From Chrysomallon squamiferum (Eukaryota; Animalia; Mollusca), in contig CM022669.1 of assembly GCA_012295275.1 (NCBI GenBank), positions 17,546,001 through 17,610,000 of the forward strand: DNA of 64,000 nt, given 5' to 3'. The notes under the pieces are model-generated. The model made no database searches, was not told where the DNA came from, and was given only the letters and a program-made list of their open reading frames with translations. The position numbers and the translations under genes are program-made. The first letter of the stretch is position 1. The number at the start of each line of letters is the position of its first letter. Of this stretch, positions 1 through 11,687 are shown piece by piece.

Positions 1-75
1 AAGAACGAATACAATCAAGATTCCGTTATCTAAAATTAGTGTAGAAAAAAAAATTCTTAGAGATAAAAAAATAAT

Positions 76-141
<66 letters not shown>

Positions 142-172
142 AAGAAATAAATTAAAATAAAATAAAATTAAC

Positions 173-219
<47 letters not shown>

Positions 220-444
220 TAATAAAATGAAACAATTAAAAAATAAATACATATAATGAACTGTTCCGAATATTATATTTCCTATGGTGTCAATCAGTAA
301 CTTACTTTAATAACATCGTTTAGGGAGAGAAATTGTTCTGAGTGTTGTGTTTCCAATTTTCAGAGTTTCGCGCTTGTATCCTGTTCGAGCTTCGTTCTCA
401 CGGAACACAAAAGGGAAGAAATCGTACAACTGGCTGCAATCAAC
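1..444. repeat. Near-identical tandem copy of 746-1164 (3' UTR plus last 45 codons of LicD copy 1); continues off the window start
   Basis: 1-444 aligns to 746-1164. It differs in (AG)n and (AAT)n lengths and at one substitution (385 T vs 1105 A). Identity stops abruptly after ...gctgcaatcaac (444/1164). Confidence 0.9.
307..444 (-). pseudogene. 3'-terminal fragment of LicD-family gene (VDCSQLYDFF...SLPKRCY*)
   Basis: Same sequence as 1027-1164 except one synonymous change; no upstream coding sequence or start codon. Confidence 0.8.
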
Positions 445-820
445 TATATTTCCAGTTAAATTATTTTTATTACAAACATTTTTTTTTTCTTTTGTTTTTT
501 TTTCATTATATGAAAGTACATTTCAGAGCGTTTAGGTAAATTAATACCTCAAAAAAAAAAAAAAAAAAAACTACAAAAAATAACAATAATAATTAAAAAT
601 AAATAAATAAATAAGTAATAATAATAATAAAATAATATAAAAATAATAAAATAAATAAATAAAATAAAATAAAACAGAAAATAAAATAAGAACTTAAAAA
701 ATATAAAAAAATAAAAATAAATAAATACATATAGTACATATAAAGAAGAACGAATACAATCAAGATTCCGTTATCTAAAATTAGTGTAGAAAAAAAAATT
801 CTTAGAGATAAAAAAATAAT

Positions 821-858
<38 letters not shown>

Positions 859-889
859 AAGAAATAAATTAAAATAAAATAAAATTAAC

Positions 890-939
<50 letters not shown>

Positions 940-1026
940 TAATAAAATGAAACAATTAAAAAATAAATACATATAATGAACTGTTCCGAATATTATATTT
1001 CCTATGGTGTCAATCAGTAACTTACT

Positions 1027-1968
1027 TTAATAACATCGTTTAGGGAGAGAAATTGTTCTGAGTGTTGTGTTTCCAATTTTCAGAGTTTCGCGCTTGTATC
1101 CTGTACGAGCTTCGTTCTCACGGAACACAAAAGGGAAGAAATCGTACAACTGGCTGCAATCAACAGAAACACTTTTTTGTCCTTTGTTCTCTTTATGCAG
1201 ATAACCCATGGTCACACACTTCTTTACGTTATAAAACGTAGCTACAAGTTTTACTCTTCTACAAGGTACTGGGGCATATCGGTTTTCAAAAAGACGTAGT
1301 TGAAGCGGATATATAATATCTTTTGTGTACACAAACTTTTTCACACAACTGTGAGAACCAAAAATATGAGTGGAATTTTCTTTCAAGAAAAATATATCCA
1401 TGAATGGAAATTTATAGCTCACCCCTATTCCAGAAGGGAGCTCCTTCATGTAAAACTTCCACGTGCTGTCATGTTCCGAGTGAACGCCATAACCAGGGAC
1501 ACTTCCAAAAATCCTTTTTATTTTGTCCAAATCTGATGTTACGATGACGACATCGAGGTCGTCATCCCAGGGTGTAATTCCATAATGACGGTAAGATCCT
1601 AAGAGAGCTCCGTCCCGCAAGAAACAAGTGAGGTTAGCTTTGCGACAAGTCTCCATTAATTTGTTAAAAGTCAGAACCATCAGGTCCTGGTCCTTTGGTG
1701 AGAGTATAGGGAAGAACTGTCTAAGTAAAGTATTGTTCATCAAGCGGTCTTTATTAGGAAGATACCAAGCGCCCATTATTTGCTGATCTTTCGTGAATGG
1801 AATCTTTACATCATTTCCTGTTGGAGAATCGTTTCTCTCAGAATGACTGATACTGGGTTGGATAACATTCAGGATATCAGCATAGTTAAGGTGTTGGAAA
1901 TACAGGTATCCAATTAGATATAATATTACGAACATACCAGCAATTATGAAACAAGTTGCTCTTCCCAT
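1027..1968 (-). CDS. LicD/fukutin-family phosphotransferase (nucleotidyltransferase fold), type II membrane protein, copy 1, intact, 313 aa
   Basis: N-terminal hydrophobic anchor (CFIIAGMFVILYLIGYLYF). LicD motifs DGALLGSYRHYGITPWDDDLDV, FPFMDIF and IYPLQLRLFEN..PVP. Several N-glycosylation sequons (NNT, NLT, NST, NTT). Single coding exon. Confidence 0.9.
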   Translation of the reverse strand: MGRATCFIIAGMFVILYLIGYLYFQHLNYADILNVIQPSISHSERNDSPTGNDVKIPFTKDQQIMGAWYLPNKDRLMNNTLLRQFFPILSPKDQDLMVLTFNKLMETCRKANLTCFLRDGALLGSYRHYGITPWDDDLDVVIVTSDLDKIKRIFGSVPGYGVHSEHDSTWKFYMKELPSGIGVSYKFPFMDIFFLKENSTHIFGSHSCVKKFVYTKDIIYPLQLRLFENRYAPVPCRRVKLVATFYNVKKCVTMGYLHKENKGQKSVSVDCSQLYDFFPFVFRENEARTGYKRETLKIGNTTLRTISLPKRCY

Positions 1969-2146
1969 TCTTATAGTTCTGATACTTTGAAATCAAATAA
2001 AAGTGAAAACTCTTCGAATTATTGTTCAATGTTAGTGAAACAGAAACAGGTATTCTCTCGAAAATAATTGTGAAATATGTGAAAATATCAGTTGTTTCTG
2101 TCGCGGCTCTTATTGCGATACCTGATGGATGTCCTGTGTGATATTT

Positions 2147-2257
2147 CTAAGTAAACAGAAATAAATACAAATAAATTAGTCAGTCAAACTAGCACATGTA
2201 TATTTTAGAATAAGAATAAATTTAAGTAAATTCCGTAAATATCTGGACCTGTCTTAC
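2147..2257 (-). other. Probable 5'-UTR intron of LicD copy 1
   Basis: Minus-strand donor AAG|GTAAGA at 2257; branch-like CTGACTAAT, pyrimidine tract and TTAG acceptor ending at 2147. Confidence 0.5.
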
Positions 2258-4591
2258 CTTGATTATAACTTTTTCTCCATAGATAAGATATAAGACTGTT
2301 CAATAATGATTGGATATAGCTTATCCGAAACAGCCAATCGTTATCAAACAGGAAAGTCGTTAGGTAAATATCATTATGTTGGTAATGTAATAAGGCCAGG
2401 TTATTTTATCTGTAAATCTTCAGATTTTTTTATCAGCAGATAGTATAATGAAAAACAATCGAGCTTTTTAGCCGCATTCAGAGCAGTACATATTTTCATT
2501 TATTTAATTTCCACATATTTATGATTAAAGTTCAATAAGCAATTCTGGTACACAAGAAAACCTCTTTTTTATAAGTGAGCATTTTACATTACATTACGAT
2601 ACCAACAGTAAGATTTTTCAATAAAAAGTGAATTATGTCACAAATCAGATTTTCGAAAAATCTATTACGTATATATGATTTTTGGATTTCAATTACATAT
2701 ATTGTGAAAATAAAATTTCATCTTGAAAATTTACGGTCTCTGATGAGACACTGAAATATCCATCTTCAAGTTAAGTCATGTCATAGAACCACTGACTACA
2801 GACTATAGGACTGTTGCAGATCACCAGTATGGATCGACTTGATTCTGGTATTAAAAACATAGCCAACCACCCGGTATTTGTTTTAAAATAAAAAACTTAA
2901 TTTAAATTAAAAAAGTTCAATACAGTAAAACATGATAGACATTCGAAACAGCGAGCAGCATATGGTATGTATTTGATGAATACGTGTATTTAATTGTTTT
3001 TTATTTATGATTATTATTATTAGTAGTAGTATTAGTATTATTAGTATTACTATTATTATTATTATTTCATATTTTTACTCAAACATTAACTCGGACTGTA
3101 TGCTTTTCACGTACGTTTGGTAAATAGTTATTACACATGAAATGTTATCTTGTAAAATTAAAGCTCTGATTTGCCATTTGTGTGAAAAAACATCTCTTCA
3201 GATGTTTATATAAGTTTATTAGATATGTATGTATGTGGGTATCTTTATGTATGTATCTACGTAGGTATGTACATAGGTGTGTATGTGCAGATACATATGA
3301 GTATGAATGTACCTGTATATGAGTGCATGTCAGTATGTGTGCTTCTCGGTATTGGTGAGTGTGTGGTTACATCGGTTCAAAATAGTTGATCCACTTCTCA
3401 TGTTGACATGTTTATAGAGGACTGTCAGTATGATAATCCAGTTCTCTACAAACACTCTTGATCGAAACACTTCACAGTTTTAATCTTCAAATGAAAACTA
3501 TTATAGTAATATTCTAAATTTTTTCGCATCATCAAATTAAATATTTATTAAAATAACGTCTCATTCCTCACGAAACCTGAGAAAATACAATTTCCTCTTG
3601 AAGACTTGCTCTCTTTGATGATTTTATTTTTGATAACGAGTCATGCTACTAATATACTGACACTTAGCATTTCAGTGTGAATCAGTTTCGATCGGAACAA
3701 TCTATATTCTTCTCATTTATTTCTTATCGCTGATGCGTAATGCTAGATACATTCAGTAGCGTGGTATTGTGTCTACGAATGGTCATATCAAAAACAATAA
3801 CGATTGAGATCTTTTCCCTTTTAAAATTTATTTATACAAGATTCTACCGAATTTTTTATATTTTTCTAATACCTGTTTAGCTGCACGTTTGCAGATACGT
3901 GTACTGTCTTGATAGAAAGCAGACCTACTTCTTGGTCTTCCGCCCGTTATCGTTTTATTTGTTGTAAAATTTTATATCAGATAAAACACAGCTCAGAGTA
4001 CATGTAATATCTGAAAATGATAATAAACGATTAGAAAATAAAAAATTAGAACTAAGATTATAGTTTGATCATCAGGATATTCACCGATTCACATCAATCA
4101 CTGCTAAACGATTTTTCTTCCTCTTCTTTTTACATAAACATTAATTGTAACAAATACCAAATTTGTTTCTTTCCAGAAATAAAGAAATATTTTATTCACC
4201 AAAACATTTTGTTAAATTAACGTCGTACACATGATTATCGTGTATATGGAGAACGAAATAGAAAATACGCGATGGTATTTTTTTTCCATTAGCGGCAATG
4301 TTTCTGTTCATGAACCTTCCATTAGACAGGAAATCACAGAAACAAAGACTCTCTTAGACCTTAGGACGCCCGAGGCACCTCATTTTCAGGGTGCCAGCAA
4401 CACTGAAATTAAATTACGTGACAAATAAGAACAAATAAAAGAATTAACTAAATACATTTAAATTAGGTTTTGAAGAAGACGTCTGGTTGTATTTTTCTCC
4501 ATTTTAATAACTCTGTCTTATTGCAATATTTTATTGCTCTATCGGTTTTAGCACCTGATTGCATCATCGACTTTTCTATCTTAAGAAAAAA

Positions 4592-5540
4592 CTAATAACA
4601 TTGTTTAGGTAGAGAAATTGTTCTCAGTGTTGTGTTTCCAATTTTCAGAGTTTCTCGCTTGTATCCTGTACGAGCTTCGTTTTCACGGAACACAAAAGGG
4701 AAGAAATCGTACAGCTGCCTACAATCAACGGTAACACTTTTTTGTCCTCTGTTTATGCAGATAACGCATGGTTGCACAATTCTTTACGTTATAAAACGTA
4801 GTTACTAGTTTTTCTCTTCTACAAGGTACGGGGGCATATCGGTTTTCAAAAAGACGTAGTTGAAGCGGGTATATGATATCCTTTGTGTACACAAACCTTT
4901 TTACACAACTGTGGGAACCAAAAATATGAGTGGAATTTTCCTTGAAGAAAAATATATCCATGAATGGAAATTTATAGTTGACTCCTACTCCAGAAGGCAG
5001 ATCCTTCATGTAAAATTTCCATGGGGTGTCATGTTCCGAATGTACACTATAACCAGGGACACTTCCAAAAATCCTTTTTATTTTGTCCAAATCTGATGTT
5101 ACGATGACGACATCGAGGTCGTCATCCCAGGGGATAATTCCATGATGACGGTAAGATCCTAAGAGATCTCCGTCCCACAAGAAACAAGTGAGGTTAGCTT
5201 TGCGACAAGTCTCCATGAATTTGTCAAAAGTCAGAACCATCAGTACTTGGTCCTTTGGTGAGAGTATAGGGAAGAACTTTCTGAGTAAAGTATTGTTTAT
5301 CAAGCGGTCTTTATTAGGAAGATACCAAGCGCCCATTATTTGCTGATCTTTCGCAAACGGAATCTTTACATAATTTCCCTTCTTCTCAACCGTATTAGAT
5401 TTTTTTATCTCAGAATGGCTGAAATGTTTTTGGATGACACCAACGATGTAAACAGACTTTTTGTGCTGGTAATAAAGGTATCCAATTAAGTATAACAATA
5501 AGAAAATTCCACCAATTATAAAATAATTTTCTTTTCTCAT
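4592..5540 (-). pseudogene. LicD-family copy 2, frameshifted by a 5-bp deletion near 4751 (271-aa truncated ORF; ancestral C-terminus in another frame)
   Basis: ORF 4725-5540 matches copy 1 up to YLHK and then diverges. ORF 4592-4777 carries RGQKSVTVDC...SLPKQCY*. Alignment to copies 1 and 3 shows 5 nt missing. Confidence 0.82.
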
Positions 5541-6789
5541 TTTCGTTGTTCCTTATATTTCTTAAGTGAAAACTTTGTTGAAATTACTGTTTGTTTGCCT
5601 AATTATTGTGAAACAGTCTTGGATGGAGTAATAGAAACAAATATTCTCTTCGCAGTTTCTGCAGTTTTCGTTACTGGGATATGATGCATGAATTCATCGA
5701 CTCTGTATAAGTAAGAAATAAATATTTAGTCATCTAGTTATGATTTGGAAAGTTTTAATTTATGTTTATTACCATAACGATTAAATATTAGTACATGTAA
5801 GATGCTATGTGGAAAATCAGAAGTTTAGAATAGAAAATAATTATTTTTTATTTTTTTATATAAGTTAACAGCAAAAATCGATTTTCATTAAAATATTAAT
5901 TTTGCTGTAAATAAAAATTTTCAAATAACTATAACCTTTCGATATGAGAATGATTTATTTTCGAATATATATATAGTTATTATTATAAAATGTTTTATTT
6001 ATTTTTAAATTAGATTTATTACATCTTAATTACAATCACCACTTACCTTTTAGAAGTAAATTCCAGAAATACGATTTGTTCTTGAAAACGTACGCAATTT
6101 GACGCGTCTGTGATAGTTTTCTCGTACTGATACTACAAATGAAGCCACGTCTGTGTTGAACTGTTACAGATCACAACTTTGTTACCTCTGTACTGTGATA
6201 TTAAGAACAGCCCCAATCCGTATGACGGCTGTTTTGAAATTATTATCTTTAATACGCAAAATTTCAAGAAACCATAAAGTTAAATATTTCAAAAGGTGTG
6301 CAACATATGTTGTACATTTCATCAATACTGAAGAATTTTACATAATGTAACTAATAATCATTTGAAACATTAGGCTGTAGTTTACCGATTATAATCACAA
6401 TGAACATCAAGAATAGAAAAGGAGCAGTATCGGTATATAAAAATGTAGATTAACGAGACTACGTTAAATAAGAAACACAGTAGGCCTTTCAGTGACATTT
6501 AACTGTAAATGAAACATTTAAAGATTTTTTTTTAGCCTTTCTTTACGAATCATTTTCAATTCATGGTTTCTGTGTTCTTATTAATTTTGTTCCTTCACCT
6601 TGTATTCAATGCTAGATGCAATCAAACATTCAGACTTGAGTTATTGTATGTAAGAAGGTTCATGCATGTTTATATGAAAAGAAATACTGAATTTTATTAT
6701 TATTATTATTACTATAATTATTATTATTATTATTATTATTTTTATTTTATTTTATTATGCACATTTGTAGATACTCACATATACGATAG

Positions 6790-7420
6790 CGTGGAGTCGG
6801 ATCGACTTTTTTGTTCCTCAGCCCGTTATCTTTAATCGATATGTTTTACTTGTAAACTTTTATATTAAGTATTATAAACCGTGAGTATATGTCTTATATG
6901 TACAATGATTGAACAGTTAAAAGAGATAGTAAATAATTAGAAAATACAAGATTGCAGATTGATGATTAATACAAGTACCGTTGACATTAACCAGTACTTC
7001 ATACATAAACACGACGGAAACAAATGACAAATGACTATATTTGCGGAAAAAAACAGAAATCTTTTATTTTAAAAAACATACACAAAGCATTTTGTTAAAA
7101 TTATACCATTTCGTGGAGTCAGATCCACTTTCTTGTTCCTTCGCCCGTTATCTTTAATATCGATACGTTTTACTTGCAAAATTTTATATTAAATAATATA
7201 AACCGTGAATATATGTAGTATACAACGATCGACCAATAAGAAGAGATAATAATGAATGAGCAAATACAAGATTGCAGATTGATGATTAAGACTTGTACCG
7301 ATTCACATTAACCAGTACTTCATACATAAACACGACGGAAACAAATGACAAATGACTATATTTGCTGAAAAAAACAGAAATATTTTATTTAAAAAAAACA
7401 TACACAAAGCATTTTGTTAA
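6790..7420. repeat. Tandem duplication of about 310 bp (6790-7098 and 7112-7420) in the LicD intergenic spacer
   Basis: Both units start cgtggagtc.gatc.acttt and end acacaaagcattttgttaa. A more diverged homolog lies at about 3920-4215. Confidence 0.85.
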
Positions 7421-7797
7421 CCTACATCGTGCATGTGGTTAATCACTACTCCGAAAATGAATTACGAAACATGTTGAAATGATGGTGTACCTTTTTCATT
7501 AGCAGCAATATTTATTTGCATTAACCTTCCCTTAGACAGGAATTCACATAAGATGGCGTTTGATAAATTAATCGATTTGTACTGATTTCACGAACTAATA
7601 ACTGAAAACAAAATAAAACCAAAACCCAATAATAAATAAATAAATAAACAAACAAACAAATAATAATTGAAGTGAAGAAGAAGAAAAAGAAAAAGAAAAG
7701 AAAGAAAGAAGAAGAACAAATGAAGTAAACTACTCATCGCTGTGGAAACAAAGATCATTTAGCTGAATATTATAAGCACCTGACTACATCATCTACT

Positions 7798-8739
7798 TTA
7801 ATAGCATTGTTTAGGTAGCGAAATTGTTCTCAGTGTTGTGTTTCCAATTTTCAGAGTTTCTCTCATGTGTCCTGTACGAGCTTCGTTCTCACGGAACACA
7901 AACGGAAAGAAATCGTACAACTGGCTGCAATCAACGGAAACACTTTTTTGTCCTCTGTCCACTTTAGGCAGATAACTCATGGTTACACACTTGTTTACTT
8001 TATAATTCGTAGTTATCAATTTCTCTCTTCTACAAGGTACTGGGGCATATCGGTTTTCAAAAAGACGTAGTTGAAGCGGGTATATAATATCCTTTCTGTA
8101 CACTTTATGTTTTACGCATCTATGGGAACCAAAAATATGAGTGGAATTTTCTTTGAAGAAAAATAAATCTATGTACGGAAATTTATATTTGACTCCTACT
8201 CCATTAGGGAGATCATTCATGTAAAACTTCCACGTGCTGTCATGTTCCTAATATAGACGATATCCAGGGACGCTTCCAAAAATCCTTTTTATTTTGTCCA
8301 AATCTGATGTTATGATGACGACATCGAGGTCGCCATCCCAGGGGGTAATTCCATGATGACGGTAAGATCCTAAGAGAGATCCGTCCAACAAGAAACAAGT
8401 CAAGTTAGCTTTGCGACAAGTCTCCATGAATTTGTCAAAAGTCAGAACCATCAGGACTTGGTCCTGTGAGGACATTATAGGGAAGAACTTTCTAAGCAAG
8501 GTATTGTTTGCCAAGCGGTCTTTATTTTGAACAGACCAAACGCCCGTTATTTGGTTATCTTTAGTGAGCAGAACATTTCCATGATTTCCCTGCCCAGCAA
8601 CATTTATCTGAGACTGACTGAAGCTCTGTTGGATAACATTCAGCATATCAGCATAGTTAACGTTTTGGAAATACACGTGTGCTATTAAATATAATAACGC
8701 GAAGAATCCACCAGTTAAAAAAAGGAGGTCTTTTCTCAT
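7798..8739 (-). pseudogene. LicD-family copy 3, full length (942 nt, same as copy 1) with one in-frame TAG at 8248-8250
   Basis: Reads ...GSVPGYRLY-TAG-EHDSTWKFYMNDLP... in a single frame; copies 1 and 2 have TCG (Ser) at this codon. Motifs DGSLLGSYR and PWDGDLD are retained. Confidence 0.82.
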
Positions 8740-10556
8740 TTTTATAGTGGAAAGTGTTGTCTGATTCTAGACAAACAATCTTCGATGGAGAAAGAAAAAA
8801 GTATTCTGTCGAATATATCTGTGATGTGTGCGAAAATATCAGTTGATTCTGTCTCTACTAACTAAAACAACAATTCTTTCGTGTCCTGTGGAAATAAATA
8901 AATAAATCATTACTGAGTTATCCTGAAAGTTAAAATGTCATGACACATACAAATTTCCTTTGAAAATCTTAAATTAATTAAATTAGTGTTTGAACGCGAG
9001 TACGATGTATGTTTAGATACCAGCAACAATGGGCTTGTCATTAAAACGTGATTGGTGTTATAAATCAATTTTTCATATATAAATCTTTAGATTTTTCTCT
9101 ATAAAAATGAATTATTTTCGATGGTTTTGATAATTTGGTTTTCAAATGTTATTTACGTTGTGTTAACTAGAATCATTGCTGAATTCAGAATAGAGAAACC
9201 TTGTTTTAACAAGTAAATTCTAAAGTTACAGTTTCTCCTTGAACACTTGCACTTAACTGTATATATTTCATGTACATTTTGTAAGTAGATATTATACATG
9301 AAATATCATCCTGTCAAATTAAAATATTCATTTATCATTTGTGTCAAATAAAATATTCCCTGGAAAAAAAGTTTGTATCTGTATGTGTACGCCATAAATG
9401 TATGTAAGGATGTATGTACGATTTTATACGTTATAATGTGTAAAGTCGTGCAGCTATCTCCGAAATTCCGGCCCTCTTGGCTATCGATTATTGGTTTGCG
9501 TATTGCAGTTCATACGTCCATCTGCTTGTATGGGAATATACGTGATAAATTATGATAAATGTTTATCTTAATTTTACGTTGTTTTACTTGTTTTAAGGTA
9601 TTTATCGCAAATTCGTAGCAAAAATATTCATGTTGCATATTAAGACAGGTTAGTAATCCATTGCGTGTGGATTCTAACCCGTTGTATTAATGATGTGCAT
9701 CATTATTAATTATCAGTTATGTTTTTGGTTTAGATTTTTTGATTTTTTGAATGTCAAATACTTTGAAAAAAGAAAACGAAAAAGAGAAGAAAAAAATATC
9801 AGTTACTTTGACATCAAGCTTTCCTATACTGTTTGGTTTTTGAGAAAATATTTTTGTGCAGATTTTTCTTTGAAATAAATTACATAATTAAATAATATTG
9901 CGTCTAGTTATTAGCTGTGTTTCGGTTTTCTTTATCACATCTGTATCAGTGAATGACGGATCTTTCATTAGAGGTAATGCGTCGAGAAATTACCTTGAAT
10001 GGTCAGGTACATTTATACATGAATACATGAAATATTCTGGCTGTCTACCGATTACCTGATTTTAGTTAGAGGTGTGTGTGTGTCTGTCGTAGAGTTATTT
10101 GTCGGTATGTGTGGGTACAAAACAGCTGACAGTTTTCATCAAAAGATATTTAAACGGGATACTCAGTGTGAAATCCCAGTTAAATACGAAGTGACTTGAT
10201 CCAAGACAAATGAAAAGAATGTTCGTGTCAGCATGTTTCTGATTCATTCTCGAAGTAATCGTCAGCCACGTGTTCGACTTAGCTTAATAAAATTATTTAC
10301 CTGATTTGTTTCAGTACAAGATTTCTTTCTTTCTGGAAATGTAGCAGCTTGTCATTTCATTCCAGCAGTATCTGTGCATGAACAAAAATAGTGCAAGAAC
10401 AAGAAGATAAATGCGTAACTTAATAAAACCGTTTTGCTGAATAAAATATTTCTTTATTTCTGAAAATATAGAAATTTGCGCAGACCATTTAACCATAGAA
10501 GTACAAAGCCTAAGATTCCGCCTGACTGCTTCTCTTACTGTATGTCTACTATTGGC

Positions 10557-10557
<1 letters not shown>

Positions 10558-10613
<56 letters not shown>
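10558..10613. repeat. (AAT)n microsatellite
   Basis: Perfect trinucleotide run; explains the poly-Y ORF at 10311-10637. Confidence 0.9.
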
Positions 10614-10615
<2 letters not shown>

Positions 10616-10724
10616 CTACCCACCGCTGTGGAAACAAAGATCATTTAACTGAATATTATTGTTCCTTCGGTATGAGCACCTGACTGCATTATCTACTTTT
10701 CCGTCTTACCGAAGAAATTTGATG

Positions 10725-11687
10725 TTAATAGCATTGTTTAGGTACAGAAATTGTTCTGAGTGTTGTGTTTCCAATTATCAGAGTTTCTCTCATGTATCCC
10801 GAACGAGTTTCGTTACGACGAAAGACAAAAGGGAAGAAATCGTACAACTGGCTACATGCAACATCGTAGTATTTTTGCAGTTTTCTCTGTTTATGCAAAA
10901 AAGGCATGCTTATACACTTGTTAACGTTATAAAATTGAGTTATCAATTTTTCTCTTCTACAAGGTACGGGGGCATATCTGTTTTCGAAAAGACGTAATTG
11001 AAGCGGGTATATGATATCCTTTGTGTACACCATTTTTTTAACAAATTTGTGAAAACCAAAAATATGCGTCGAATTTTCCTTGAAGAAAAATATATCCATG
11101 AACGGAAATTTGTAGTTGACTCCTGTTGCATAAGGAACGTCCTCCATGTAAAATTTCCAGGTACTGTCAAGTGTTGTGTGAATGCCATAACCAGGGACAC
11201 TTCCAAAAATCCTTTTTATTTTGTCCAAATCTGATGTTACGATGACGACATCGAGGTCGTCATCCCAGGGGATAATTCCATGATGACGGTAAGATCCTAA
11301 GAGAGCTCCGTCCCACAAGAAACAAGTGAGGTTAGCTTTGCGACAAGTCTCCATGAATTTGTCAAAAGTCAGAACCATCAGGACTTGGTCCTGTGACGAC
11401 AGTATAGGTAAGAACTTTCTAAGCAAAGTATTGTTTACAATGCGGTCTTTGTTTGGCAGATACCAAGCGCCAGTTATTTGGTGTTCTGTTGTTAATGGAA
11501 TCTTTTGATCATTTCCTTGTTCATCAACTGTAATAAAATCTTTTCTCTGGGAATGGCTGATTCTGTGTTGTATAACATTCAGGACATCAACATTGTTAAG
11601 GTGTTGGAAATGCATGTATTCAGTTAAATATATAAATACGAAAGTTACTCCAATTACTCCAATTATGCCAATTTTATTTTTTCTCAT
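10725..11687 (-). CDS. LicD/fukutin-family phosphotransferase, type II membrane protein, copy 4, intact, 320 aa
   Basis: TM anchor IGIIGVIGVTFVFIYL; motifs DGALLGSYRHHGIIPWDDDLDV and FPFMDIF; conserved Cys and sequons; single coding exon. Confidence 0.9.
   Translation of the reverse strand: MRKNKIGIIGVIGVTFVFIYLTEYMHFQHLNNVDVLNVIQHRISHSQRKDFITVDEQGNDQKIPLTTEHQITGAWYLPNKDRIVNNTLLRKFLPILSSQDQVLMVLTFDKFMETCRKANLTCFLWDGALLGSYRHHGIIPWDDDLDVVIVTSDLDKIKRIFGSVPGYGIHTTLDSTWKFYMEDVPYATGVNYKFPFMDIFFFKENSTHIFGFHKFVKKMVYTKDIIYPLQLRLFENRYAPVPCRREKLITQFYNVNKCISMPFLHKQRKLQKYYDVACSQLYDFFPFVFRRNETRSGYMRETLIIGNTTLRTISVPKQCY

Noticed and set aside
2735-2795. CTGATGA...GAAA hammerhead-ribozyme-like core
   Set aside because: Stem II has no G-C pair and stems I and III cannot be built convincingly.
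8325-8342. PWDDD to PWDGD change in copy 3 as catalytic inactivation
   Set aside because: The change is at the variable x position of the WDxDxD motif; all three aspartates remain.
1300-11234. Recurrent plus-strand 67-112 aa ORFs inside the LicD genes (1300, 4860, 7867, 10659, 10998)
   Set aside because: Antisense shadows of the conserved minus-strand CDS; mostly TTG starts; no independent motifs.
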